A stretch of 64,000 nucleotides of DNA, taken from positions 2,950,186-3,014,185 of the forward strand of contig NW_003314271.1 of assembly GCF_000143415.4 (NCBI RefSeq), read 5' to 3'. This DNA is from Selaginella moellendorffii (Eukaryota > Plantae > Lycopodiophyta). A program made the translations under genes and the position numbers. Positions 1 through 12,497 of the stretch are shown one piece after another. The stretch's first letter is position 1. Every line of letters starts with the position of its first letter. The notes under the pieces are model-generated. The model was not told the DNA's origin. It did not search any database and was given only the letters and a program-made list of their open reading frames with translations.

Positions 1-545
1 CCACTCAAGCCCATGCTCACTCCCACCCAAGGCCCCTCGGCCCCAGTCTCAACCTCAAGTCAGTTTGGAAGCACCACTGGAGAGTTCCTTCAAGACTGGT
101 TCTTGGACCTCACTATCCCTACTAGTACTTTTGGAACCCCCTGCAGCCCCCCCCCCCCCCCCCCCCCCCCGGGAGACGCACGCTTTGGGCTTTCACCCTT
201 TGACCCGTATTAGTATTTGGACTTAGTCTCTGGCTCAATCTCGGACCCGATTTCGGATCCGACTTCGGATTCGGTCTCGGACCCGATCTCGGACCCGACC
301 TCGGATTCGGTCTCGACCCGATTTCGGATCTGATTTCGGATCTCGGACTCGGTCTCGAACTCGGACTTGAACTCGGTCCCCGAGTCGGTCTCGGACTCGA
401 TTCCGGACTCTATCTCGAACTCGGTCCTAGAGTCGGTCTTGGACTCGATCTTCGACTTAGTCCCATCCAATGAACTCTTTGTCATTTTGGTCATGCTTTT
501 GGGGTTCCTTTAGCCTACGACACCTCGGCGAGTTGGTTCCTTACA
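1..545 (-). mobile_element. LTR fragment, family B (runs off the window start)
   Basis: Ends in ...GGTTCCTTACA at 545 (TGTAAG terminus on minus strand). Colinear with 52080-52621. Contains a poly-C run (148-170) and a CTCGGA-type hexamer array. Confidence 0.7.
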
Positions 546-652
546 TTCCTAGGATATTGGGTAGATTCATCCCTAAGAATATTTGCTAAGGCATAGTAGA
601 AAGTGCAAAGCTATCCTCCTAGTCTAGAGGAGAATAACCGAAAGAAACGTGT

Positions 653-844
653 TACAAGCTTTTGAATTTGGACTTCCCGGAGGTCACCCAGACCAGTACT
701 ATTCAAACCCAAGGACGCTTAACCCCAAATATCCCAAGATCCTTAACCGATTGGAAAAGGGGTGCACTCTTATTCATAGGCCCTTTCCCTCTATATTTGA
801 ACCCCATGGACCGTCTTTTGAGTCATTCCCTTTGGTTGCTTACA
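653..844 (-). mobile_element. Solo LTR of the Cassandra-like (5S-containing) TRIM
   Basis: 192 bp, homologous to the LTRs at 3866-4059 and 4265-4454, ending CTTACA. Flanked by CGTGT (648-652) and CATGT (845-849). The paralogous empty site near 9040-9060 has a single GGTGT. Confidence 0.85.
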
Positions 845-3800
845 CATGTGAAGCCAGAAGCAAGTAGTAAAGGGATAGAACTAAACCATATTAATCAAAG
901 GGCATAACCAAAGGTGGTTATACAAGTTAGGAGTGGAGAATTAAGAGGGTCCTTGAGCGTGTTGCTACTAACAACTGTGATATCATGGAGAATCTAAAAT
1001 ATGAAATTATCCATTTTAGACTATATGGCAATTAAAAAGCTTGCGAAAGGAAAAGCCTTAACAAACTAAAGGACAAAGTTCCTTCAATATTCCCAAAGAC
1101 AATTCTAGGTAGTTTATTAGGTAGAAAACTAAGTGTAAATGGTTCATAGAACATGCGAAATCAGAGTGGCACAACAGAAGCGTGGTCTTGGAGCTTGCCA
1201 TGAGGCAATGCTATTAAAATCGAGGAAGTAGTTCCCGAGTGTTTAAAGGGATGGCTTTAAATGAAAGTTGATGGTTAAGAACTTTCACACTTATGCATAA
1301 ACCATGTTACAGTGGTCGGATGACTTACTAAACGAGGTTGGCAAGTCAGGGGAACAAATACCCTAATTGAAGGTGCTAACTTTAAAAGGGGTGGCCCATG
1401 GGGCCAAGCATGGAGGAGTCTATACATGATCACAGATTTGTCAAGTGAGAGGACTTGGTAGTGTAGATGACCTAGGTTTCTAAGCTGTGATCCGTAACAC
1501 GCTTTGGGTATAAATTGGCGCACCAGCATGGGGAGTCACGCCAGGCATCCTGGGTGATGCCATCCGTAGATATATATACGGAGGTTGGGTTTGAGTCCCA
1601 ATTCTCTAGTGCTTGGGTTCGAGTCCCAAATCACTAGGGCATGGTGATGGTTTGGAATATAAGGACACTTATATTTCAGTGGTTATAGACTCTCAATGAA
1701 GAGATTGGCTTGGGCACATCGCTAAGCAGGGGATGCCTCGGAGTCGTGATGCATGGTTAGATTGCTTAGAGTGAAAGCTTAGCATATCTAACTTGAACAC
1801 TTTGGTGCAAATGACACCAAGTACGTGGTGAATGAGATGAGGACACCCAGTCTTAGTTGATATGGACCCTTGGCCGGAAGGGCTGACTTGGGTGCACCAC
1901 TAAGTGTGGGGGATGCCTCCAGGGTCATAGTCAAGAAGTTAAAGGTCTGGAAGACTTAGTATCTATTGGCAGACTTGTTAAGGTGACAAAGGTTAGATCA
2001 TGAGGTGATCTTACAACTAAACAAAGACAAAATCTTTGTGAAGTTAAGGAATAAGGTTCCTAATTCAAAGTGTTGATTTGAACTATTGATGATGGTGAAG
2101 TGGAAATAACACCTAAGGGAAATGAGCTATATCAAGGCATTGGCATAGTGAGTCTGGAGAAAGTAGTCTATATAAGAGACCCATGGAAGGGTCACAAATT
2201 TGGGCCGTGGATAAAACCCACAACAAAAAATGCTAAAGAGACATACTAGAGGTGAACACCCTCTAGACTTGGCAAAGAAAAATCTTTATTATGGAACCAA
2301 AAAAATACCTCAAATGGAGGTAGTGATATTATGTTGTTGAGTGCAACAATCAAAGGATAAGGGCAAAGACTAGTGGCTAAGGAAAGAGCCATAGGAATTA
2401 TGGGAAGGAATCCAAATAGCAAGTTAGGCTAGGAACACCAAGGTGTTGGATGATAACAGATTGTGGAAAAGGCAAAGTGTTTCCAAGGATGAATTCCCAA
2501 TTGCTCCAATTTGGTAAAAGTGAAAGCTCCAAAGGAGGGAGGGGTAAGGTAGCCAATTGATAGGGCCATGGAGAGCCCTAGCACAAATTATGATAACTGG
2601 AACTTAGTGCTAAAAGTGGCACGAAATAGAAAAGAGGATGATGGTGCCCTCAAGTAAAGAACTTTCAAGGATAGGGAAGTGGAGTTGCACAATATGTGCA
2701 ATGCAAGATGTCAAAGACACCTAGAAAATCGACTTTGAGAAGTTAAAATTAAGAGTTCCAAAAGTGCAAAAGTTATATCGATAAAAATTGAGACTACTTA
2801 AGAATGATTGAGATAGAGAAGGTGTCTTTTAGGGGTTTAGTGAGAACTAAACCAATAAAAAAAGAGAACCACCACAAATGGTCGAACAAATCTTTATGTT
2901 GAATAGATTATACTCCTTAGAAGTTGGACAAGGCATGGTGAGCCTTGGGTGTCAAACCATTGACAAATATTGGCTAGGTGCTAAAGATGGAAAAGGTAAT
3001 ACATGCTAATGTTGCTTTATAAAATGGTTTATCATTCGATGAAGATATCGAACTTCGTCTATGGGTGGTGAAGTTGTGAGACATAAATCCCTAAGCCCCA
3101 AAGTGGAGCCGAAAGAGTGCCACATAGTAGTGGCCGAAGTAAAAGCCAAACGAGCGTAATACGTTTGGATTAAAAGCTCTGACTTGAAAGGTCGAGAGCG
3201 GGAGTGGAACTCCTAATGGAGTGCTTCAGGAACGAGAATGAAGCAAGTAATAAGAGAGTCTCTAGAAAAGGGACACAAGAGGACTAACACATGACACATG
3301 GTGGAGTTCGAGATGGACCCGACATGAAGTCCAAGATGGAGTCGGAGATGGACTGAGATGGAGTCTAAGATGGACCCAAGATAGAGTCCGAGATGGAGTC
3401 TGAGATGGCTCAGATGGAGTCCGAGATGGCCCAAGATGGAGTCCGAGAAGGACCTGAGATGGAGTCCGATGTCAAGACTAAGACTGAGACCAAGACCGAG
3501 ACCAAAATTGGGACCAAGACCGAGACCGAGACCGAGGCCAAGGCTGAGACCGAGCCCAAGCTCAAGTCTGAATCTAAGTCCAAGTCCCAGTCCCAGTCCC
3601 AGTCCGAGGGTGAAAGCCCAAAGCGTTCGTCTCCCAGACCCTAGGGTTTGGTGAGCTCCAAAAGTATAATAGGGGGAGGACTCCAGTGGAGTCAGTTTGG
3701 CCAGGAAAGGCTAGTTTGGCCCAGGAAGGCTGTACCCAGGTGTTGGGTGATGGGATAACCACTGGGAAGTCTAAGGCTAGAGTGAATATGGACCAACAAA

Positions 3801-3865
3801 CGGGGTAGTTTGGTGAAGTGTTCAAGAGCCGGCTCTAGTTCCCTCAAGAGATCGAATGGCCAATG

Positions 3866-4454
3866 TGTAAACTCTTGAGTTTAGACTTCCCAGGAGGTCA
3901 CCTAACCCAGTATTATTCAAACCCAAGGACGCTTAACCCCAAGTATCCTAAGACCCTTAACCGATTGGAAAAGGGGGTGCACTCTTATTCATGGGCCCTT
4001 TCCCTCTATATTTGAACCCCATGGACCATCTCTCAAGTCGTTCTCTTTGGTTGCTTACAATCCACCACGCTTCCCTACAAGTTCACACCCTCGTGAATGG
4101 AAGCTGAGAGCCACAGCTCTCCCGAGAGCCCTGCTCTCTTGACACCCTACCCCTCGAATCGAGCCCAGCGGGAGCAAACTGGACCAGCCATATGTCAATC
4201 AATATATCGTGTGATTCCCCTAGTCAACCAATAGAGTCGGACCCAAGACCCCTCTAATACCAAATGTAAGCTCTTGAGTTTAGACTTCCCGGGAGGTCAT
4301 CCAGCCCAGTATTATTCACACTTAACCCCAAGTATCCCAAGACCCTTAACCCTTAAAGATTGGAAAAGGGGGTGCACTCTTATTCATGGGCTCTTTCCCT
4401 CTATATTTGAACCCCATGGACCATCTTTCAAATCGTTCTCTTTGGTTACTTACA
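3866..4454 (-). mobile_element. Complete Cassandra-like TRIM (589 bp) with 5S rRNA-derived LTR domain
   Basis: LTRs 3866-4059 and 4265-4454 with TGTAA...TTACA ends. Met-tRNA PBS-like CCTCTAATACCA (4251-4262; minus TGGTATTAGAGG). PPT-like tract at 4060-4075. TSD CAATG/CAATA versus single CGATG in the empty-site LTR copies (about 5694, 11584). No ORF. Confidence 0.9.
3884..3936 (-). promoter_or_regulatory. 5S rRNA-like Pol III internal control region (A box / IE / C box) inside the TRIM LTR
   Basis: Minus strand GTTAAGCGTCCTTGGGTTTGAATAATACTGGGTTAGGTGACCTCCTGGGAAGTC aligns with plant 5S GTTAAGCGTGCTTGGGCGAGAGTAGTACTAGGATGGGTGACCTCCTGGGAAGTC. Copies also near 670-723 and 4283-4326. Confidence 0.85.
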
Positions 4455-4958
4455 CAATACTCACAGTTCAAGTGTGGGTGGCACTACCTACTTGGATACC
4501 TGGTGTGGCTCAACGGAACCTCGCTCTAAGCCCATGGCTAAAGCACCCAAAGGCGGAAGGTGGGGAGAGTACCCATGAGGCTCACGTAGAGCCACAGTGT
4601 TCCAAAATGTTGTCCTAATGTCCTAGACTATGAGTGGTCCTTTGGTGTAGTGACCAATGATACAGTCATGTGGTGAGGAAGTCCCAAAGGACAGTGGGAC
4701 TTAGTAGTCGGGCCTGTGGACTTTGTCCCAATGGCAGTTTTGGCGGCCATGGACAGAAAAGGGATTTGGTGGGGACTGTAAAAGAGATATTGGGAAAGGC
4801 CATGTTTATGGGCATCTTAAGGATGCTAATGAGTGGACCTAGGATGGTCACTCATGGATGGATGGCCTAGTCTTTGAAAGATGAGACTGTGATGCAGGTG
4901 GTGTTGGACCAATTATGTGACCAAGGTGAATGGGCATGGCCTTAGCGTAACGGGCTGG

Positions 4959-7900
4959 TGTAAGCGACTAATTTTTCCATTCTACTTTAGTCACTTAACC
5001 ACACCTCCGACCACTTGGAGGAGTCTCATTCACAACCTCCATAAGTCCCATTCCGGACTTGGGGCTTGCTAGCCCCGAGAATGGCATCCATGCCACTCAA
5101 CCTTTGCACTTGGTCCAAGTGCTCCACGTGTCCGATCCCATGACCGACACCCAAAGGTACCACTGACATCTCGGCCCGTTNNNNNNNNNNNNNNNNNNNN
5201 NNNNNNNNNNNNNNNNNNNNNNNNNNNNNNNNNNNNNNNNNNNNNNNNNNNNNNNNNNNNNNNNNNNNNNNNNNNNNNNNNNNNNNNNNNNNNNNNNNNN
5301 NNNNNNNNNNNNNNNNNNNNNNNNNNNNNNNNNNNNNNNNNNNNNNNNNNNNNNNNNNNNNNNNNNNNNNNNNNNNNNNNNNNNNNNNNNNNNNNNNNNN
5401 NNNNNNNNNNNNNNNNNNNNNNNNNNNNNNNNACCACTAAGTCCCATGGTCCTCTAGGACTTCCTCACCACACGACTGTGTCCTTGGTCACTACCCCAGA
5501 GGACTGCTCCTCTTCCTTTCCACAGTCTAGGCCTTTGGGACAACATTTCGGAACACCGTGGCCTTACGCGAGCCACCTGGGTACTCTCCTTGCCTTTCGA
5601 CTTTAGGTGCTCTAGCCATGGGCTTAGAGCAAGGTTCCGTTGAGCCACGCCTGGTATCCAAGTAGGTAGTGCCACCCACACTTGGACTGGGAGCATCGGC
5701 CAGTCGATCTCCCGGGAGAACTAGAGCCGGCTCTTGAACACTTCACCAAGCTACCCCGCTTGTCGGTCCGTATTCACTTTAGTCTTGGACTTCCCAGTGG
5801 TCAGTTCATCACCCAACACTGGGTCTGGCCTTCCTGGGCCAAACTGGCCTTTCCTGGCCAAACTGGCTCCACTACAGTCCTCCCCCTTACTATACTTTTG
5901 GAGCTCACCAAACCCCCCAGGGTCTGGGAGACGAACGCTTTGGGCTTTCACCCTCTCAGACTCGAACTCGGACTCGGACTCGGACTCGAACTTGGACTCG
6001 GACTCAGACTCGGACTCGGACTCGGACTCGGGCTCGGGCTCGGTCTCAGCCTTGGCCTCGGTCTCGGTCTCGGTCCCGGTCTTGGTCCCGGTCTCGGTCT
6101 TGGTCTCGGTCTCGGTCCCGGTCTCGGTCTCGACCTCGGACTCCATCTCGGACTCCATCTCGGTCCATCTCGGACTCCATCTCGGATCCATCTCGGACTC
6201 CGTCTCGGTCCACCTCGGACTCCACCTCGGACTCCATCTCGGGTCCATCTCGGACTCCATCTCGGGTCCATCTCGGACTCCGTCTCGGTCCATCTCGGAC
6301 TCCATCTCGGATCCATCTCGGACTCCGTCTCGGTCCACCTCGGACTCCACCTCGGACTCCGTCTCGGTCCATCTCGGACTCCATCTCGGATCCATCTCGG
6401 ACTCCGTCTCGGTCCACCTCGGACTCCACCTCGGACTCCATCTCGGGTCCATCTCGGACTCCATCTCGGGTCCATCTCGGACTCCGTCTCGGTCCACCTC
6501 GGACTCCATCTCGGACTCCATCTCGGACTCCATCTCGGGTCCCTTTTTGGAGCCTTGCTTATTGCTCACTTTGTGCTCGCTCCTTGAGCACTTTGTTGGG
6601 AGTTCCACTCCCGCTCTCGACCTTTCAAGTCGGAGCTTTTAGTCCAAACGTGTTACGCTCGTTTGGCTTTCACTTCAGCCACTACCACGTGGCACCCTTT
6701 CCAGCTCCACTTTGGGGCCTAGGGATTTTGTGTCTCACAACTCCACCACCCATAGACGAAGTTCGATGTCCTCATCGAACGGTAAACCATTTTATAAAGT
6801 AACTCCCGCATGTGTTACCATTCCCATCCTTGGCACCTAGCCAATATTTGTCAATGGTTTGACATTGAAGGCTCACCATGCCTTCTCCATATTCGTCAAT
6901 GGTTTGACACCAAAGGCTCACCATGCCTTGCCCATCCTCTAAGGAGGATAGTCTCTCCAACTTAGAGACTCACTTGACCACCTAGGGTGGTTTGCTCCTT
7001 TTTATTGGTTCAGTTCTCGCCAAACCCGTTAGAGACACCCTCTCTAACTCAATTCCACTACTCATTCTTGAGTAGTCACAGATTCCATTGATCTACCTTT
7101 ACACTTTGGAACGTTTACTCTTGACTTTTTGGAATCAATTTCCTAGGTGTCTCTGACACCTTGCCTTGCACATTTTGTGCAACTCCACTTCCCCTCCTAG
7201 GAAGTTCTCTACTCGAGGGCACCCTCATCCTCTTTCCTATTTTTGTGCCACCATTGGCATTACGTTCCATTTATCATTATTTGTGCTAGGGTTGTCCACG
7301 GCCCTATCTTTTGGCTACTTAGTTGCTCCCTCACTTAGAGCCTTTCCTTTACCCAATTGGAGCACTTGGGAATCCATCCTTGGAAGTCCACTTCTTTCTC
7401 CGCAATCTGTTAGCATCAAACACATTAGTGTTCCTTGGCTAACTTTGCCACTTGGATTCTTTCCAATGGATTCCACGGCCCTATCTTGGGCACTCGTCTT
7501 TTGCTTCTATCCTTGGATTGTTGCACCAAGCAACATAGGATTGCTACCTCCATTTTTGAGGTTTCCTTTCGATTCCATAGCAAACACTTTGCTTTTGCCA
7601 AGTCCAGAGGGTGTTCACCCCTAGTACGTCTCTTTAACATTTTCTGTCGTGGGCTCTATCCACGGCCCAACTTTTTGAGACCCTCCCTTGGATCTTTTAT
7701 AGAGACTACTTTCCTTGGACTTACTATGCCATAACATTGACATAGCTCATTTCCCTTAGGTGTTCTTCCCACTTGGTCACCTCAACCAAACCACACCTTT
7801 ATCAATAGTTCAAATCAACACTTTGAACTAGGAATCATATTCCATAACCCAAACAAAGACTTTGTCCTTGTTTAGCCCCAAGATCACCTAGTGATCTTAT

Positions 7901-10900
7901 CTTGACCCCTTAATAGGTCTATCAATAGGGACTAGGTCTTCCAGACCCTTCTGAGTTGTTGATTATGACCCCGGGGGCATCCCCCACACTTGGTGGTGCA
8001 CCCAAGCCAGCCCTTCCGGCCAAGGATCCATAGCAACTGAGACTGGGTGTCCCCATCTCATTCACCACGTCCTTGGTGCCCTTTGCACCAAAGTGTTCAA
8101 GTTAGATATGCCGAGCTTTCACTCTAAACAATCTAACCGTGCATCACGACTCCGAGGCACCCTCGCTTGGCGGTGTGCCCAAACCAGTCTCCACACTGAG
8201 AGTCCATGACCACCGAAAAATGAGTGTCCTCATATCCCAAACCATCACCACGCCCTAGTGAGTTGGGACTCGAACCCAAGCACTAGAGGGTCGGGACTCG
8301 AACCCAACCTCCGTATATGCATCTACGGATGGCATCACCCAGGATGCCTTGCGTGACTCCCCACGCCGGTGCACCAACTTATACTCAAAGCGCGCTATAG
8401 ATCACAGCTTAGGAACCTAGTTCCTCCACATTGCCAAGTCCTCTCACTTGACAAGTCTGTGATCCTGCATGGACTCCTCCATGCTTGGCCCCATGGCCCA
8501 CCCTTTTTGAAGTTATCACCTTCAACTAGGGTATTTGTTCCCCTGACTTGCCAATTTCACTTTGGCAAGTCCTCCGACCACTGTAACATGGTTCCTGCAC
8601 AAGCGTGAAAGCCCTTGATCATCGACTTTCATTCAAAGCCCTCTCTTTGAACACTCAGGAACTACTTCCCTAACCTTGATAGCCTTGTCTCATGGCAAGC
8701 TTCAAGACCACGCTTCTGCTGCGCCACTCTGATTTTGCGCGTGCTTTGAACCATTTACACTTGGCCTTTCTAGGTACTAAGCTACCTAAAATCATCTTTG
8801 GGAACCTTGAAGGGACTCTGTCCCTTAGCTTGCTAAGGCCTCCCTTTTTGCAAGCTTTCCAATTACCATATAGTCTAACATGGACAATTCCATATTTTAG
8901 ACTCTCCATGGCATCACGATTGCTAGCGGCAACACCCTCGAGCCCCCACTTGATTCTCCACTCCCAGCTGGCATAACCAACCTTGGTTATGCCCTTCGAT
9001 TCCTATGGTTTGGTTCTATCCCCTTACTACTTGCTTTTGGCTTCACACCTTTCCTTTGGTCATTCTCCTCCAGACCAGGAGGATAGCTTTGCACTTTGTA
9101 TCATGCTTTAGCAAGTATTCTTAGAGATGAACCTACCCGATAGCCTAGGGAGTGGTTCCTCAATCCAAGTATGCTCACCCTATAATCCCACACACCGAGA
9201 TTACGTTGTTGTTTATGAGCATTTACATGCCCATTACTAGCCTTGCCAAAATTCCATTTTTGGCTTTGTCCAATTCAAGTAGATAGTCTTCTCCTGTCTC
9301 CGCCACCTTGGGCATTTGGATAGCACCTTCTATCCATCATTCGCTAGAGACTTAATCCTTTGGGCCTTATCTATTGCCCTCGCGACATCAAACACCACCT
9401 TCTGGTGTTCTAGAGTGTTCGGGTGTCCCAATGATGGCTTCCTTGACAATGAGTATTTCCTTTTATGACATTGACTTACTATATCGCAACATAAGCAACT
9501 TATCCCCCGTAAAGGTATATCCAACTTCCCTATGCCATTAAGAAGGCTTGGGTAGCTACCTTCTACCCGTTTAACCAATTATTTTGTACCTCTCGCTAAG
9601 TTGCCTTATAGATGTCAAGTCCTACAACTCATTGCTGGTGCTTCCACACCTCCATCATTATCTGGGTCACCACACTCCAACTGCATGCTCTGCAGCTTAG
9701 GCTATGCCATTCCTATTTCCATTGGGATTCCTTTGGCAAGGGGTTCTCATGAACCCACCAACATAGCCTCAAGGTATCACACCTTGGCACATTTGGTGTC
9801 TCCACACTATCGGCTCCACGAGCCTACCTCTATGACACTTTTTCTTTGTGTCTAAGTCTTTGCCAAGACCAATACCGCTCTTTCTCATGCCAACCATCTG
9901 TTAGCACGGCACCATAGAGGTCACACACAACTTTGTTTCAAAGTTGTTTTCTTTTTGGGAACACCTTTCCCACGACTTTAGCATGGCACATTTTGCCATC
10001 GATGAGATACCCTCTGTTCTCATCCTTGGATCCTATGATCCCCCCCATCCTTCGTGGGGTACCACACACTTCAGTCCAAATGCTTCCATCAATCCTTTAG
10101 GATTATTCCTTGACTCTATTGGAGTCATCCAGCTTTTTGGACTTTGTCATCCGACAACCCATGAGGTCCTACCTTTGAGGTGCCAGCTCACTGGAATACA
10201 ACTTCTTGTATTCAGGTCCTACTCACAAGGACCATCTTTGCAAGTGTTACTCTGACACTTGATTTGTTCTCTTGGGGCAACCTTTTGCCTCTTAGGACCA
10301 CTTGTCCATGTGATGAGAATACCAACTCATCCTCTAAGTACATCCCCAACTCCTTGGGTTGTTCTAGCATTTATCAAAGGTAACCTCAGCTACCATTTCG
10401 AGGACTTGTGTCCTCTCCTATATTTGACCTCCCATGGTCATCAATTCCGGTCTCAAAGTTATGAGCTTGGCCTCAACTATATGAGGGTAATCTTATGACT
10501 CCTTTATTGTTTTGGAGTCATTATCTTTCCCGTGATCCCAATTACAGTTGTTTACCACAACTACGTTAGCCTGTTTGCTGCGTCAAACGCTCATCTAGAT
10601 CACATCCTCAGCTCTCTGAGGAAACCTTATACCGTTCCCAAGATCCCAAAGTCGTTCTATTATTGGCCCTTTTCTATCCATCACATCGTGCCCAAGTTCA
10701 TGCATGAACTTGAGTGGTGAGCCATGTCCTCTCGACATGCTACTCCTCAAGGATAGGCCCACTCCTAGGACCTTCCAATGCCAACATCAATGGTGATATA
10801 CTTGAGCACCAATAAAAGTCGGACTAAGGAACAGCTCCGATACCAAATTGTAAGCGACTAAATTTTCCATTCTACTTTAGTCACTTAACCACACCTCCGA

Positions 10901-12345
10901 CCACTTGGAGGAGTCTCATTCACAACCTCCATCAGTCCAATTCAGGACTTGGGACTTGCTAGCCCCAAGAATGGCATCCATGCCACTCAACACTTGCACC
11001 TGGTCCAAGTGCTCCACGTGTCCAGTCTCAAGATCGACACCCAAAGGTACCACTGACATCTCGGCCCGTTATGCTAAGGCCATGCCCATTCACCTTTGCT
11101 GCACTAGTGGTCCAATACCACTTGCATCACCATCCCGTCTCTCCAAGACTGGGCCATCTGTCCACGAGTGGTCATCCTAGATCCACTCCTTAGCATCCTT
11201 AGGATGCCCACAGACCTGGGGAATAGCCTTCCCCAAAGTCCCTTTGTCAGTTCCTACCAAGTCCCTTTCTGCCCCTGGCCGTATTTGCCAACACTGTCAC
11301 TGGATCGAGGCCCACAGGCCCGACCACTAAGTCCCATGGTCCTCTAGGACTTCCTCACCACACGATTGTGTCCTTGGTCACTACCCCAGAGGACTGCTCC
11401 TCTTACTTTCCACAATCTAGGCCTTTGGGACAACATTTCGGAACACCGTGGCCTTATGCGAGCCACCTAGGTACTCTCCCTGCCTTTTGCCTTTAGATGC
11501 TCTAGCCATGGGCTTAGAGCGAGGTTCCGTTGAGCCACACCTGGTATCCAAGTAGGTAGTGCCACCCACACTTGGACTGGGAGCATCGGCCAGTCGATCT
11601 CCCGGGGGAACTAGAGCCGGCTCTTGAACACTTCACCAAGCTACCCCGCTTGTCGGTCCGTATTCACTTTAGTCTTGGACTTCCCAGTGGTCAGTTCATC
11701 ACCCAACACTGGGTCTGGCCTTCCTGGGCCAAACTGGCCTTTCCTGGCCAAACTGGCTCCACTGCAGTCCTCCCCCTTACTATACTTTTAGAGCTCACCA
11801 AACCCCCCAGGGTCTGGGAGACGAACGCTTTGGGCTTTCACCCTCTCAGACTCAAACTCGGACTCGGACTCGGACTCGAACTCGGACTCGGACTCGGACT
11901 CGGACTCGGACTCGGACTCGGGCTCGGGCTCGGTCTCAGCCTTGGCCTCGGTCTCGGTCTCGGTCCCGGTCTTGGTCCCGGTCTCGGTCTCGGTCCCGGT
12001 CTCGGTCCCGGTCTCGGTCTCGACCTCGGACTCCATCTTGGGTCCATCTCGGACTCCATCTCGGGTCCATCTCGGACTCCGTCTCGGTCCACCTCGGACT
12101 CCATCTCGGACTCCATCTCGGGTCCATCTCGGACTCCATCTCGGGTCCCTTTTTGGAGCCTTGCTTATTGCTTGCTTTGTGCTCGCTCCTTAAGCACTTT
12201 GTTGGGAGTTCCACTCCCGCTCTCGACCTTTCAAGTCGGAGCTTTTAGTTTAAACGTGTTACGCTCGTTTGGCTTTCACTTCGGCCACTACCACGTGGCA
12301 CCCTTTCCAGCTCCACTTTGGGGCCTAGGGATTTTGTGTCTCACA
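4959..12345 (-). mobile_element. Full-length (about 7.4 kb) non-autonomous LTR retroelement, family A (LARD-like)
   Basis: Near-identical LTRs 4959-6739 (contains a gap) and 10849-12345 with TGTAAG...CTCACA ends. PBS AGCTCCGATACCA at 10833-10845 (minus TGGTATCGGAGCT). PPT-like TGGGTGGTGGAGT next to 6739. The 4-kb interior has no recognisable gag/pol ORF. Confidence 0.85.
5955..6545. repeat. Compound hexamer/dodecamer tandem array (GACTCG, GTCTCG, CTCGGACTCCAT) inside the family A LTR
   Basis: Directly visible. A shorter version is at 11845-12150 and a decayed version at about 3300-3610. It generates the many overlapping low-complexity ORFs. Confidence 0.95.
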
Positions 12346-12497
12346 GTGCAATGGTTAAGTGGCATGGATGTTATTCTTGGGGCTAGCAAGTCCCTAATTC
12401 CAAAATAGGATTTACGGAGGTTGTGAGTAAGACTCCTCCAAGTGGTCAAAGATGTGGTTAAGTGACTAAAGTAGAATGGGAAATTTAGTCTTTTACA
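12346..12497 (+). mobile_element. Terminal remainder of a plus-strand family A LTR
   Basis: Reverse complement of the family A LTR end, finishing ...GTCTTTTACA. Continues the LTR broken at 4958. Confidence 0.75.

Larger units (their letters stand above)
546..4958 (+). mobile_element. Older, 5'-truncated copy of non-autonomous LTR retroelement family A (internal region plus most of the 3' LTR, which starts at 3075)
   Basis: 560-3074 is the reverse complement of about 6740-9150 with many transitions. PPT-like ATGGGTGGTGAAGT precedes TGTGAGACA at 3075. Interrupted by insertions at 653-844, 3866-4454 and 4959-12345. Confidence 0.8.

Noticed and set aside
670-723. 5S rRNA gene
   Set aside because: Only the internal segment of about 55 nt matches and it is embedded in an LTR. 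The 5' and 3' parts of 5S are absent.
5069-5447. ORFs containing X runs (also 61977-62596)
   Set aside because: Artefacts of N gaps.
5682-6642. Overlapping 175-302 aa ORFs in several frames (GLGLGL, SDSDS, ESESE), also at 210-494, 3393-3654, 11572-12408 and 52273-52589
   Set aside because: By-products of stop-free hexamer repeats inside LTRs. No domain content.
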